Notes under the pieces: model-generated
Seen by the model: the letters and a program-made list of their open reading frames with translations, nothing else
Databases searched by the model: none
Told to the model about the DNA's origin: nothing
Program-made: the position numbers and the translations under genes
Shown here: positions 10,050-19,300 of the stretch, piece after piece
Layout: the number at the start of each line of letters is the position of its first letter
Position numbering within the stretch: position 1 is the stretch's first letter
DNA from: Gemmata obscuriglobus
Lineage (GTDB): Bacteria > Planctomycetota > Planctomycetia > Gemmatales > Gemmataceae
Reading direction: 5' to 3'
NCBI RefSeq assembly: GCF_008065095.1
Contig: NZ_CP042911.1
Location: 7,530,001-7,562,000 of the forward strand
DNA length: 32,000 nucleotides

Positions 10050-10406
10050 ATGCCCGGGAAGTCGCCCACCCAACGGATCGACGACCTGACCGCTCGCGTT
10101 CGCGATCTGGAAGCGGCCCTCGACACCTACCAGAAGGTCACGGACCTCGCGCTGAAGACGATCGAAGGTCAGGTGAGCGACCGGGCGAAGGTTGAAGACG
10201 AGTTGCGCAACAAGGTGGTCGAATTAGCAGTCAAGAACGCGGCCCTTGAGGAGCGCGCCCGTGGTCAGAAGGAAAGCTGGGAAGAGCGCGCCCGGACTTT
10301 GGAAAAGAACGCGGACCGCGGCTGGCAGTTGTGGCTCGCGGCCCTCAGGTTCGGGTTCGGGCTCATCAGCCTACTCGTCACCGCCGCACTTCAGCTCAAG
10401 AAGTAG
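10050..10406 (+). CDS. Hypothetical coiled-coil protein with C-terminal TM anchor (118 aa)
   Basis: Track ORF starting 6 nt after the previous stop. Heptad-like charged sequence, then WQLWLAALRFGFGLISLLVTAALQL. Confidence 0.6.
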   Translation: MPGKSPTQRIDDLTARVRDLEAALDTYQKVTDLALKTIEGQVSDRAKVEDELRNKVVELAVKNAALEERARGQKESWEERARTLEKNADRGWQLWLAALRFGFGLISLLVTAALQLKK

Positions 10407-10412
10407 CCCGCG

Positions 10413-11066
10413 TCACGCCTGAACACCCAACTCCACCCGGCCCAACTCGTCCGGCCCGCCGGCCTGCGCCGCCGCGTCCATCTTGTACATCGCCTGGAGC
10501 GTCTTGAACCGGGTGCGGTAGAACTCGGGCATCGGCAGTTGGTCCCCTTTGCCGCCCGGGGCGCACCACTCGCGGAGCGTGTTCTGCTCGATCAGGATCA
10601 CCCGCAGCTTGATCGTCCGCATTCCCTCCTCATACCGCTCGCACGTGAGCGCGAACAGGAACGTCCCGGTGCGCACCTCCGCCCCCAGCGCGGCGGCCAC
10701 GAACGTGGCCGGGCACAACTGCGACAGCGCGTTCTTGATCGCCCGGTACGCGTAATCGCGGTCCTCCTTGTCGGTCAGCCGGATGAACGGGTCCGGGTCG
10801 GTGGTGCGCCGGGCCGCGCGGTCCAGGAGGCCCAGCCCGTGCGCGTTGGGCCACACGTCCGCGGCCATCCGCTCCACCAGCGTGCGCATCATCAGCGTGC
10901 CGCCGAACAGGTTCAGGGAGAAGTTCACCTGGGTCAGAAACTCCTTGCGGCGGAACTGCGACCGGCGGCGCCACCACGCGAGCCCGACGCCCGCCCACGT
11001 CGCCACCAGCGCCAGCGTGGCGCCGTACTGCTTGACGAACTCGTACACCGCGGTCAGCAGATCCAT
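10413..11066 (-). CDS. Hypothetical membrane-anchored protein (217 aa)
   Basis: Track ORF 10413..11099. An internal ATG at 11066 (MDLLTAVYEF...) has GGAG 9 nt upstream. N-terminal TM segment GATLALVATWAGVGLAWW. Confidence 0.6.
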   Translation of the reverse strand: MDLLTAVYEFVKQYGATLALVATWAGVGLAWWRRRSQFRRKEFLTQVNFSLNLFGGTLMMRTLVERMAADVWPNAHGLGLLDRAARRTTDPDPFIRLTDKEDRDYAYRAIKNALSQLCPATFVAAALGAEVRTGTFLFALTCERYEEGMRTIKLRVILIEQNTLREWCAPGGKGDQLPMPEFYRTRFKTLQAMYKMDAAAQAGGPDELGRVELGVQA

Positions 11067-11245
11067 CTCGGGCGCTCCGAACGTTGAACAGCAAAACACG
11101 AAGACGGTTCGCGGTTACCCTACCCAAGCGGACCGGCCACCGCAACCGTCGCTGCCGGCGTGCGGTGCTTGCGTAGCGAGCCGGCGCCGCCGGGTGAGTG
11201 GCGCGCCCCCGGGCCGTGAGATGCGCCCCGTCCGGGGCAAGGATT

Positions 11246-12277
11246 TTACCGATCTGCTTCGGGCGGCGGCGTGCCCGCTCCGTCTTCGCCGCGGTCGGCC
11301 CGTAGCCCGGCGGGCGGGTCCGGCTTCCGCTCGTAGTCCCGGAGCAGCGCCAGCCAGTTGAACAGGCCCTGGTCCTGCTTGTGGACCGTGAACCGCACCA
11401 GCCGGCCGCTCGCCCGCGCCGCGGCGGTCGCCGCGATCAGCGCGGGCATGGCGTTCCCGTGCGGGCGCGCGGACGTGTCCAGTTCCGCCACGCGCGCCAG
11501 TAGCGCCCCCCAACCCGCCGCGAGGCCGCTGCCGTCGGCAACGGTGGTACGAACGGACTCCACCCAGCCGTCGCGAAAGAGGTTGACGAACCGGGCCGGC
11601 GCCGTGTCCAGGTCGAACGGTTTGAAGCGCCCGATCAGGTGCAGGAACCCGCGGCGGAACGCGTACCGCATCCCGGTGTAGCGTTCCGCGTAAGGGAACA
11701 CGCCCGTCCGCTTCCGAATGTCGGGCGCGAGACGGCCGATGAGCCGGGCGAGTTCCTTGTAGCGGTTGCTGTTGGCCCGGAGCCGCGCCTGCTCGCACTG
11801 GAGCCGGATCAGCGTCGCCCGGTCCGGCTGACCGTTCTCATCAAGGTAATCCGCGAACACGAGCCGCGGGGTGTCGTCGTCGGGGCTGGCGAACACGGCC
11901 CGCAGAAGCGCCTCGAAGTCGCCCGGGGGCGGCTCGGGCGCGCCGGCCGTCGCGCGCAGCTCCGGGTGCTCGACGAGGTGCAGGAGCAGCGCGAGTGCGT
12001 GCGCGCAGGGGGCCGTGGGGCTCGGGCAGTCGCACCGACAGTTGAGCCGGTCCCAGCCGCGCCGGACCGTCACCTGGTAACCGCCGACCGGGGCGCGACA
12101 TTCCCCCCACCACCCGCGCCCGTCGGCGGTCGGCTCGACCGCCTGGAGCCCGCCCTGCGCCAGCACCTTGCGGGCCGACGGCGCGGCGCGGGGTGCCAGC
12201 GCGCGAACGTATTCCGCCGTCCACACGACATCGAATGGGGGCTGTGGCATGAGTCCGTAACGTGCCTCGCCGAACAC
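11246..12277 (-). CDS. SWIM zinc-finger protein fused to a TIGR02996-type (Gemmata repeat-companion) domain
   Basis: NCRCDCPSPTAPCAHALALL is a C-x-C-x(n)-C-x-H SWIM motif. FEALLRAVFASPDDDTPRLVFADYLDENGQPDRATLIRLQCE is the TIGR02996 signature. The start is GTG 12277; an alternative ATG lies at 12250. Confidence 0.8.
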   Translation of the reverse strand: MFGEARYGLMPQPPFDVVWTAEYVRALAPRAAPSARKVLAQGGLQAVEPTADGRGWWGECRAPVGGYQVTVRRGWDRLNCRCDCPSPTAPCAHALALLLHLVEHPELRATAGAPEPPPGDFEALLRAVFASPDDDTPRLVFADYLDENGQPDRATLIRLQCEQARLRANSNRYKELARLIGRLAPDIRKRTGVFPYAERYTGMRYAFRRGFLHLIGRFKPFDLDTAPARFVNLFRDGWVESVRTTVADGSGLAAGWGALLARVAELDTSARPHGNAMPALIAATAAARASGRLVRFTVHKQDQGLFNWLALLRDYERKPDPPAGLRADRGEDGAGTPPPEADR

Positions 12278-12334
12278 GGTCTCGTGTGCGACACTTAATC
12301 ACACGCCCGCTCGGGATGCAACGGAGGAAGCCAG

Positions 12335-13198
12335 TTGAGGGTGCCCGATTTCGAATCGGCGTGCGGGGTGGACTTCTCCGGCGCGAAGCGGGCCGGGCGG
12401 TGCATCTGGGTCGCGCGCCTCACGGTGCCGCGGACCGTGGCACCCCGGCTCGTGTCGCTGGACCGGCTCGACCGGCTGTGCGGCACCGCCGAGCGCGGCG
12501 TGTGCCTCGCGGCGCTGGTCGAAATCGTGAACGCGAGCGAAGGCGCTCTGTGGGGCTTCGACTGCCCGTTCGGGCTGCCGGTCGAACTGTTCCCCGAAAA
12601 CGCGCCGTGGGCGGACCACTTCGCGTTCTTGGCGGAATACGAGGACGCCTACGATTGTGGGTTGGAGTGCATCCGGCGCACGCAGGCCATGTCCGCGGCG
12701 CTGCACCGCACCGCCTTGCACTGCCGCCGCCAGTCGGACGTGGCCGCGAAGGCCCCATTCGACGCATTCCACTACCGGATGATCTACCAGACCTTCTTCG
12801 GCATGCGCGACGTGGTCCGGCCGCTCGCCGCGACGCCGGGAACGGCGGTGCTGCCGTTCCAGTACCGCAAGGTGCCGAAGGCGAAGCGGGTCGTGGTGGA
12901 GTGCTGCCCGTCGTCGGTGCTGAAGAGGGACGGGCTGCCGCACCAGAACTACAAGCACCCGAAAGGCGGGCCGCTGCCGCGCCGGTGCGTCGCCACCCGG
13001 CACGCGATTCTGGAAGGGTTGGCCCGGCGGGTGCGGATCGGTGACCACTTCCGACGGGTCATCATGCGGAACCCGGGCGGGGACGCGCTGGACGCGGTGA
13101 TCGCGGCGGTCGGGGCGCTTCGGGGTGTTCGCGAGGCGGACCACAAGGCCCTCGCGGTACACCCGCGACTCACCCGCGAGGGCTGGATGTACGTCTGA
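12335..13198 (+). CDS. DUF429-like (RNase H-fold) hypothetical protein
   Basis: 287-aa track ORF. GVDFSGAKRAGRCIWVA near the N-terminus and GGDALDAVIAAVGAL near the C-terminus resemble DUF429 signatures. TTG start with GGAGG 7 nt upstream. The family call is weak. Confidence 0.5.
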   Translation: MRVPDFESACGVDFSGAKRAGRCIWVARLTVPRTVAPRLVSLDRLDRLCGTAERGVCLAALVEIVNASEGALWGFDCPFGLPVELFPENAPWADHFAFLAEYEDAYDCGLECIRRTQAMSAALHRTALHCRRQSDVAAKAPFDAFHYRMIYQTFFGMRDVVRPLAATPGTAVLPFQYRKVPKAKRVVVECCPSSVLKRDGLPHQNYKHPKGGPLPRRCVATRHAILEGLARRVRIGDHFRRVIMRNPGGDALDAVIAAVGALRGVREADHKALAVHPRLTREGWMYV

Positions 13199-13331
13199 CG
13201 CACGTGCCGGAGCGGTCCGGCTCGCGAAGCCGCGGCTCGGCGCAGCGCCGCGCGGCGCGCCGGAAAGGCGCTCTCGACACGCCCCGGCGTACCGGCTATC
13301 GGCGGGCTCCCTGTGTACACGGAGCACCGGC

Positions 13332-14030
13332 ATGAACCGCATCGCCGCACTGGTCGCGGGCCTCGCGCTGCTGGCCTCGACCGGGTGCCTGTCCGACGGG
13401 TCGTGGTCCGCGCGCCGCCTGTTCGGGCCGGACGACGGCAATTCGAACTTCAACCCGAAGGACGTGCCGGCCGCGTCGCTCCAAACCGCCAGCCGGGTCG
13501 AGGTACTGAGCCGGCGCATCGTCGTGCAGAACACGTTCACCGGCATCGAGCCCATGATCTTCACGATCGGCGTGAAGGAGCCCACGCTGTTCCACCGCGG
13601 CCCGAACGAGCTGTTCATCAGCGAGGGACTGGTGAACAAGTGCAAGACCGACGAGGAACTCGCGGCGGTGCTGTGCTCGGAACTCGGCCAGATGGTGGCG
13701 GAAGCGCGGAACGCGAGGAGCGTGGCCCGTGAGGTGGCACCGCTGCGGGACACCGGCCACGGCGCGGGGTCGATAGTTCCCGGGGGCACGCCCTACGACG
13801 CGAGCCAGCAGGCGAACCTCGCGTACCACGAAAAGCGGTACCCGCGAACCGCCCCGGGAGTCGATCCCGAGGAGACCACGAAGAGCGCCCGCGAGCTGAT
13901 GAAAGGCGCCGGCTTCGACCCCGCGGATCTGGAAAAAGTGCAGCCGCTGGTGAAGCAGTCCGACCGCGGCGAGTTGCTGCGCAAGCAACTCAACACGTCG
14001 GCCCCGGCGCCGACCTGGCAGAAATGGTAA
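13332..14030 (+). CDS. Lipoprotein with degenerate M48-peptidase-like core
   Basis: MNRIAALVAGLALLASTGC is a signal peptide plus lipobox Cys. ELFISEGLVNKCKTDEELAAVLCSELGQMVAE aligns to the M48 motif ..dELaaVLaHElgH.., but HExxH is replaced by SELGQ. ATG 13332 lies inside track ORF 13125..14030, with GGAG 8 nt upstream. Confidence 0.75.
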   Translation: MNRIAALVAGLALLASTGCLSDGSWSARRLFGPDDGNSNFNPKDVPAASLQTASRVEVLSRRIVVQNTFTGIEPMIFTIGVKEPTLFHRGPNELFISEGLVNKCKTDEELAAVLCSELGQMVAEARNARSVAREVAPLRDTGHGAGSIVPGGTPYDASQQANLAYHEKRYPRTAPGVDPEETTKSARELMKGAGFDPADLEKVQPLVKQSDRGELLRKQLNTSAPAPTWQKW

Positions 14031-14144
14031 GGGCTTCAGGTCAAAAGTCCGATCGTCGAAAGTCGCAAGGCCACGAATCCAACGGCAACAATATCTTGTG
14101 ACGTTACGAATTTCTGGCCTGACGACTTTTGACTCGAAGCCCTT
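14029..14144. repeat. 21-bp imperfect inverted repeat flanking a 74-bp lower-GC spacer
   Basis: AAGGGCTTCAGGTCAAAAGTC (14029-14049) pairs with GACTTTTGACTCGAAGCCCTT (14124-14144), 19/21 complementary. It starts at the lipoprotein stop codon. Confidence 0.7.
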
Positions 14145-14221
14145 TGCGTTACAGCGGATGCACACTGCTCCGTGTGGCGCCGTACCCCGAAGCATGCGTA
14201 GGACCGATCGCAACGGCGGCC

Positions 14222-14401
14222 ATGCGTTCGCCCCGCAACGAGACCACGGACGCCGAAGGGCAGGTGTACGACTTCCATTACGAACGGCACGCGAAGCGAA
14301 CGGATTCGGACCGCATGGGCGTCCGCTCGGCCCGCGCCCAGAAGCTGATGCGACACTCGACGCCGGACCTCACGGCGAAGCACCACCACCACCGCTACTG
14401 A
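14222..14401 (+). pseudogene. Tyrosine recombinase (integrase) C-terminal scrap
   Basis: QVYDFHYERHAKRTDSDRMGVRSARAQKLMRHSTPDLTAKHHHHRY parallels the integrase C-terminus: ..DFH.LRHtf.t.l...Gv....aQ.LmRHS...lT...Y.H (box II and catalytic Tyr region). There is no N-terminal or core domain upstream. Confidence 0.45.
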
Positions 14402-14432
14402 TCACTCGACCTGCTGACGGCTGGCGCGCTGG

Positions 14433-17400
14433 TCAGTCCACGATCAGGAACCCCAAAATCTCGCCCTGGATTTCATTGTCGTCGTTGCGGTTCCCGATCG
14501 TGTCACCGTCCTTCCACGACAGCCTTAGAGCGGTGACACCCTGTGTCAATTTCGAACCTTCGAAGATGCCTTTCTGCTCGGCACCGTCGACACTAATTTT
14601 TAACCCGCCCACGCCGCCGAGGTTCACGAACTGGTTGCGGAATGTCGTCACCCCATCGGTGACGAACGCGTCGACCTCGCGCACCACGGCCTCGATCGTG
14701 AACCGCTGCTCCTCGCTCAACCCGAACGAAACAGCCAGTAGGCCCCGCGGGATGTAAGATTCGAGCAGCAGCCGCGTGCCGCCGGAAATGTCGTAGCCCC
14801 CGTCAAATAAGCCGTCATCATCCGGGCGGTACTGGTTCAGCAGCAGGTGATCAACGACCGGATCGAAATCCCCCAGACCGAGGAGGCCGTCGGCGTCCGG
14901 CCGGCGGACGCCCAGCCCGAACTGAAATTCCCCCGGACTGTCGTACTGGTACTCGTTCGCTTGGGGGGCGCCGTTGACATCGGCGTCGTGCTCGATGAAC
15001 AGCTCCGTAAACGCGACCGTAACCCGCACATCCTTCCTCAGCGGGTCGGTGCCCACGGCGAACTCCCGGGCGTCGTCGCGGCCGTCGCCGTCGGTGTCGC
15101 TCTTGCCCGGGTCCGACCGCCTGGCGAACTCGTCGCCGTCGATCAGGCCGTCGAAGTCGGCGTCGGCGAAGCGCGGGTCGCTCCACACCTGATACGCCGG
15201 CTTCCCGGCCACGTTCACGACCCACCGGTCCGCCTCCACGTCCACGAGCGCCGCCTCCTTGGCGTCGCTCAGCTTGTCGTTGTCGGTGTCGGCGTCGTAC
15301 GGGTTGAGCGTGATGACCCCCAAGCTCCGGATCTGGATGCCGCGCAGCTCCTGGAAATCGGTCAGCCCGTCGCCGTCGGTGTCGGCCCTCCTCGGGTTGG
15401 TGCCGACCCGCCGGTTCTGGGCCGCCGGGTCGGGCGCCCCGTACTCCTCACCGTCAGGGATCCCGTCGCCGTCCGTGTCTGCCTTGCCGGGGTCGGAGGT
15501 CACGTGAACGATGGTGAAGGCCCCCTGCTGGAGCCCCGTCGTGCTGGTGTTGTAGACGGTGATGTCCCACCCGGCGGTTTCCAGAACATTGACCAGCCCG
15601 TCCCGGTCGTCGTCGGCGAACAGGTTCCGGTCGGCCGGGTTGGTGGGGTCGCCGCCCAGGCGCTTCTCGACCCCGTCGGGCGCGGTGTCGCCGTCGGTGT
15701 CGGGGTCGGACGGACCGGTGACGACGTGAATCACCTGCCCGCTGCGTAACGTCACGTTGTAGCCGGTCACCTCATCGGAGTCGGGTATCCCGTCGCGGTC
15801 GGTGTCGGGGTGGAAGGGGTCGGTGACGTAATCCGCCGGGCCGGCGCGGCGGGCCGAATCGATGAGCCCGTCACCGTCGGAATCGGTCAGGGTGCCGGGC
15901 GCCTCGTCGGCGTCGCCCAGCCCGTCTCCGTCGGAGTCGGCCAGCGTGCCCGACGAGAGAACCCGGTACGAGCCGCGGCCGTCGATCTCGACGGTCCAGC
16001 CGATCAGGGTCTCGAACCGGTCGTCGAGGCCGTCCCCGTCGGTGTCGCGGCCGTCGGGGACCCCGTCGCCGTTCAGGTCCTCCGGGCTGTCGGAGGTGCC
16101 GAAGATGTACTCCAGCGACGCGGGCAGCCGGTCGCCGTCGAGGTCCTGCACGAAGGCGAGGCGGGCGTCGGAGTCGGTCCGCAGCACGAAGTCGTCCAGG
16201 CCGACGGTCCGGTCGATCCCGGTCGGCGTGATGATCTGCCAGTACTTTTGCAGCCCCGCCTCCTCCGCCGTCCCCCGGACGCGGAAGATCCGCTCGCGCC
16301 CGTCCTCGTCAATGATGGTGGAGTAGCTGTTGTCGCGCTCGACCTCGGTCAGCGAGCCGGTGGGGGTCGCGGCCTCGTCGTACCGCGCCAGGCCGATCGC
16401 CGCCAGCGCCTCGCGCAGGGTGATGCCCACCTGCTTGCCGTTGGCGTCGAACGTCACCCGGTGGTCGGACCCGTCCACGGCGCCGTCGCCGTTGGTGTCG
16501 ATCACCCGGCCGGCGCTGGTGGAGACGCGGTGGTACTCGGTCAGGTCGCCCTGACCGTCGCCGTCGCTGTCGTAGCCGCCGAAGTCGATGACCACCGACC
16601 CCGTGCGGTCGATCACGTCCCGCGAGGTGAAGGCGAAGTTGCGGCCGAACTCGTCCACGATGTCGTAGTTCGACAGGCGGAAGACCAGCCCGCGCGGGTT
16701 GGCCATCAGGCTCTCGACGAGGTTCGGGAACACCGCGTCGCTGGAGAACACCAGCGGCCCGCGCTGGGCCACGAGCGGGCCGAGGGTGTACCCGTCGGCG
16801 GGCTCGGCGTCCGGCAGCAGGGTGGCCAAGGGCGTGAGGCGGGTCGGGTCGGCCGGGTCCTGTATGAACGCGGTCACCTGGAGGTTCTGGACCCGGTACG
16901 CCAGTGTTCCAGTGTTCTTCAAGTACACAGTGGTCTGGAGGCGTGCCCCCTGGACCTGACGCTCGACGGTCGAGCCGTTGGTCGTCTCGGCCTCGGTGCC
17001 GAGTGATTCTTCGTACTGCCGCTGAGTCTCTTTGGCCGTGACCTCGGACCACGATGAGGTCCAACTCCCCGAAGTACTGGTTTCGGATTTCGTCGAGGTG
17101 GTCCACTTCCCTTTCGCAATCGAAAAGGGATTCGATTCGAATGAGGTTTCTAAACCTACGGAGACCGTCAGTTTCTGCGCGGCCTCAAGGGTCGTCTCGT
17201 GGGCGTTGCTGAACTCCTTCCGCTCGCTCTGGGTGAGGGTCGAGCTGACGGTACGGTTTTCTAACTCGCGCCGCTGCGAGGTGCTGGTGTCCACAAACCG
17301 GACATCGAGCTGAAGGTTCACGCCGCCGATTTCGATCGCGGGGGCGGGGAGGTCGGCGACCCGGGCGTTGCGGTTGGCGAGCAGCACCTCGTCGCCGTCG

Positions 17401-18923
17401 GGGAGCTGGTCGCCGTCGGTATCCGCCAGCACGGGCGAGGTGCGGAAGAAGTTGTACTCCAGCCCGTCGTCCAGCCCGTCGCCGTCGGTGTCTTGCTTGG
17501 CGGGGTCGCTGAAAATTTCGTTGTACTCCTGGTAGTCGCCCAGCAGGTCGTCGTCGGTGTCCGCGTCCCGCGGGTCCAGCCCGAGCACCTTGTCGACGCC
17601 GTCGGTCAGCCCGTCGCCGTCAGTGTCCGCCCGCAGCGGGTCGCTGGTGACGGCCCGCGTCACGGCCGCACCGTTGGCCAACCGGTAGGCGATCGTGTAG
17701 CCGCGCACCTCCTCCTGGTCGGTCAGGCCGTCCCCGTCGGTGTCCGAAAGGTCGGGGCCCGAGGGCGGGGTGCCGCGGAACGTCGCCCGGGTGGGATCGA
17801 CCCGGACGTTGCCGGCCAGCACCGCGAACGAGAGCGGGGTGCCGGACGTGTCCTTTACGTTCACGACCGAAACCGAGTACCCGACCTCGCTCTGCGGGTC
17901 GGTGGTCAGCTCGACCGCGGTCCGGTCGCCCGCGAAGGCCGCCGACAGCACCCTCAAGCGGGCGGCCTCAGGCCCGCCCGTGTCGAGGGAGATCGAGTAG
18001 TGCCGCGGGTCCAGCGCGCTGCCGCCCATGGCCTCGCTGAAGGACACCAGCACCGAGCGGTTGCCCGTCGAGACGGCGCCGACAACGAGCGGGGCGCCGG
18101 GGTCGGTTCGGCCGCCGAGTTGCGCGTCCGCGGCCCGCGTGGTCAGCCCCTGGAATTCGCCGCTCCCCAGGATCGCCAGTGCCACTTGTGTGCGGGGCGT
18201 GCCGCCGGCCAGCGCGGCGTGGTAATTGGCCAGCCCGGTCGCGTCGGCGGGGCGCCCCAGGGTGTCGGCGTACAAGGCGCCGACCCAGTCGCCGCTGCGG
18301 CCGACGTATTCGGGGGAGGCGAGCAGCGCGGCCGCCACCTCGGCCCGGGTCGTACCGGCCGCCAGCCGGGCCTGCCAGTTGCTCAGGCCGCCGGCGTCGA
18401 CGTCACGGTTCAGCAGCCCGGCGTACAGGCCCGCGATGAAGGACGGGGCGTCGGCGTCGGACCCGAGCAAGGCCGGCAGCGCCGGGGCGTCGGCCGTCCG
18501 GGGCGCGGCCACAAACACGTGCAACTGAAACTCCTCGCTGCCGAGGAACGAGCCGGCGACCGTCGCGCGGGACGCCCCGGCAGCGAGGGCCGCGGCGTGC
18601 CCGCCCAGGCCGGCGACCTCGCCCGCGCGATCGAACACGTCCGCGTACAGGCTGCCGACCCAGTCGGGGTTGCGGGTGACGTACTCGTCGGAACTCAGGA
18701 TCGAGGCGGACACGTCGTTCCGGGACGAGCCGGACGCGAGGCGCGCTTCCCAGTTGGCCCGGCCGCCCGCGTCGGCCGGGCGGTCCAGCAAGAGCTCGTA
18801 AACCCCGCTCACGAAGCCCCGGGCGTCGGGCGCCACGGCCGTGAGTTCTGCGAGGGTGGCGGGGGTGAGCCGGTCCTCAAGGCGTTCGATGTGCCCGAGG
18901 CGGAACGAGAGGGCGCGGGGCAT
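14433..18923 (-). CDS. Giant secreted/cell-surface protein: 4 DUF4214 repeats, Ig-like region, many thrombospondin type-3 (calcium-binding) repeats
   Basis: The start MPRALSFRLGHIERLEDRLTPA is a planctomycete-type N-terminus. DUF4214 units: FVSGVYELLLDRPADAGGRANWEARLASG, FIAGLYAGLLNRDVDAGGLSNWQARLAAG and two more. There are many DTDGDGLxDxxE units. ATG 18923 was chosen inside track ORF 14433..19493. Confidence 0.9.
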   Translation of the reverse strand: MPRALSFRLGHIERLEDRLTPATLAELTAVAPDARGFVSGVYELLLDRPADAGGRANWEARLASGSSRNDVSASILSSDEYVTRNPDWVGSLYADVFDRAGEVAGLGGHAAALAAGASRATVAGSFLGSEEFQLHVFVAAPRTADAPALPALLGSDADAPSFIAGLYAGLLNRDVDAGGLSNWQARLAAGTTRAEVAAALLASPEYVGRSGDWVGALYADTLGRPADATGLANYHAALAGGTPRTQVALAILGSGEFQGLTTRAADAQLGGRTDPGAPLVVGAVSTGNRSVLVSFSEAMGGSALDPRHYSISLDTGGPEAARLRVLSAAFAGDRTAVELTTDPQSEVGYSVSVVNVKDTSGTPLSFAVLAGNVRVDPTRATFRGTPPSGPDLSDTDGDGLTDQEEVRGYTIAYRLANGAAVTRAVTSDPLRADTDGDGLTDGVDKVLGLDPRDADTDDDLLGDYQEYNEIFSDPAKQDTDGDGLDDGLEYNFFRTSPVLADTDGDQLPDGDEVLLANRNARVADLPAPAIEIGGVNLQLDVRFVDTSTSQRRELENRTVSSTLTQSERKEFSNAHETTLEAAQKLTVSVGLETSFESNPFSIAKGKWTTSTKSETSTSGSWTSSWSEVTAKETQRQYEESLGTEAETTNGSTVERQVQGARLQTTVYLKNTGTLAYRVQNLQVTAFIQDPADPTRLTPLATLLPDAEPADGYTLGPLVAQRGPLVFSSDAVFPNLVESLMANPRGLVFRLSNYDIVDEFGRNFAFTSRDVIDRTGSVVIDFGGYDSDGDGQGDLTEYHRVSTSAGRVIDTNGDGAVDGSDHRVTFDANGKQVGITLREALAAIGLARYDEAATPTGSLTEVERDNSYSTIIDEDGRERIFRVRGTAEEAGLQKYWQIITPTGIDRTVGLDDFVLRTDSDARLAFVQDLDGDRLPASLEYIFGTSDSPEDLNGDGVPDGRDTDGDGLDDRFETLIGWTVEIDGRGSYRVLSSGTLADSDGDGLGDADEAPGTLTDSDGDGLIDSARRAGPADYVTDPFHPDTDRDGIPDSDEVTGYNVTLRSGQVIHVVTGPSDPDTDGDTAPDGVEKRLGGDPTNPADRNLFADDDRDGLVNVLETAGWDITVYNTSTTGLQQGAFTIVHVTSDPGKADTDGDGIPDGEEYGAPDPAAQNRRVGTNPRRADTDGDGLTDFQELRGIQIRSLGVITLNPYDADTDNDKLSDAKEAALVDVEADRWVVNVAGKPAYQVWSDPRFADADFDGLIDGDEFARRSDPGKSDTDGDGRDDAREFAVGTDPLRKDVRVTVAFTELFIEHDADVNGAPQANEYQYDSPGEFQFGLGVRRPDADGLLGLGDFDPVVDHLLLNQYRPDDDGLFDGGYDISGGTRLLLESYIPRGLLAVSFGLSEEQRFTIEAVVREVDAFVTDGVTTFRNQFVNLGGVGGLKISVDGAEQKGIFEGSKLTQGVTALRLSWKDGDTIGNRNDDNEIQGEILGFLIVD

Positions 18924-19142
18924 GGTCGGTGCTCCTGCAGGGGTGTCGGTCCGGGCACGCCGCCCCGCGCCCGCCGCACGGCAACGGACTACGAACGGGG
19001 CGCGTGGGGTGAGTTGGAGTGTCGCGGCAGACCCGCCACGACTCGCACCGATGTGCGGTGCATGACACACGGGACGAGGGCAATAGACGGGAGCGCGTTG
19101 GAACCTTGCACCCGGTTGTGAAAAATGCCGCTCCCGAGCCGA

Positions 19143-19160
19143 GCCCCGCGGCCGCGGGGC
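19143..19160 (-). terminator. 18-bp perfect GC palindrome downstream of the kinase gene (possible terminator)
   Basis: GCCCCGCGGCCGCGGGGC lies ~140 nt after the kinase stop. On the minus strand a CATTTTTCAC tract follows ~17 nt later, not immediately. Confidence 0.25.
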
Positions 19161-19300
19161 CGGTGTCGGCGGCTCCAGAAGGTGTGCGGGCGCCGCTCCC
19201 CAGATGTGCCGTGCGCGCTTGTCCACATACGACGAGTGGGAGCCGTTCGGGGCGGCGGATGCGACCCGGCTGAAGAGCCCGGCGCGGGTCGGCCCCGCGA

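Noticed and set aside
12299-13789. 496-aa ORF on the minus strand
   Set aside because: It is antisense to the DUF429-like and lipoprotein genes. It is Arg/Pro/Ala-rich and lacks any motif. The + strand genes have SDs, a lipobox and recognisable motifs.
14847-19121. Several 150-540-aa + strand ORFs (14847..15749, 15810..17006, 17493..19121)
   Set aside because: All are antisense to the giant TSP3/DUF4214 gene. They are mirror images of its Asp/Gly-rich repeats (V/G/R/P-rich) with no start context.
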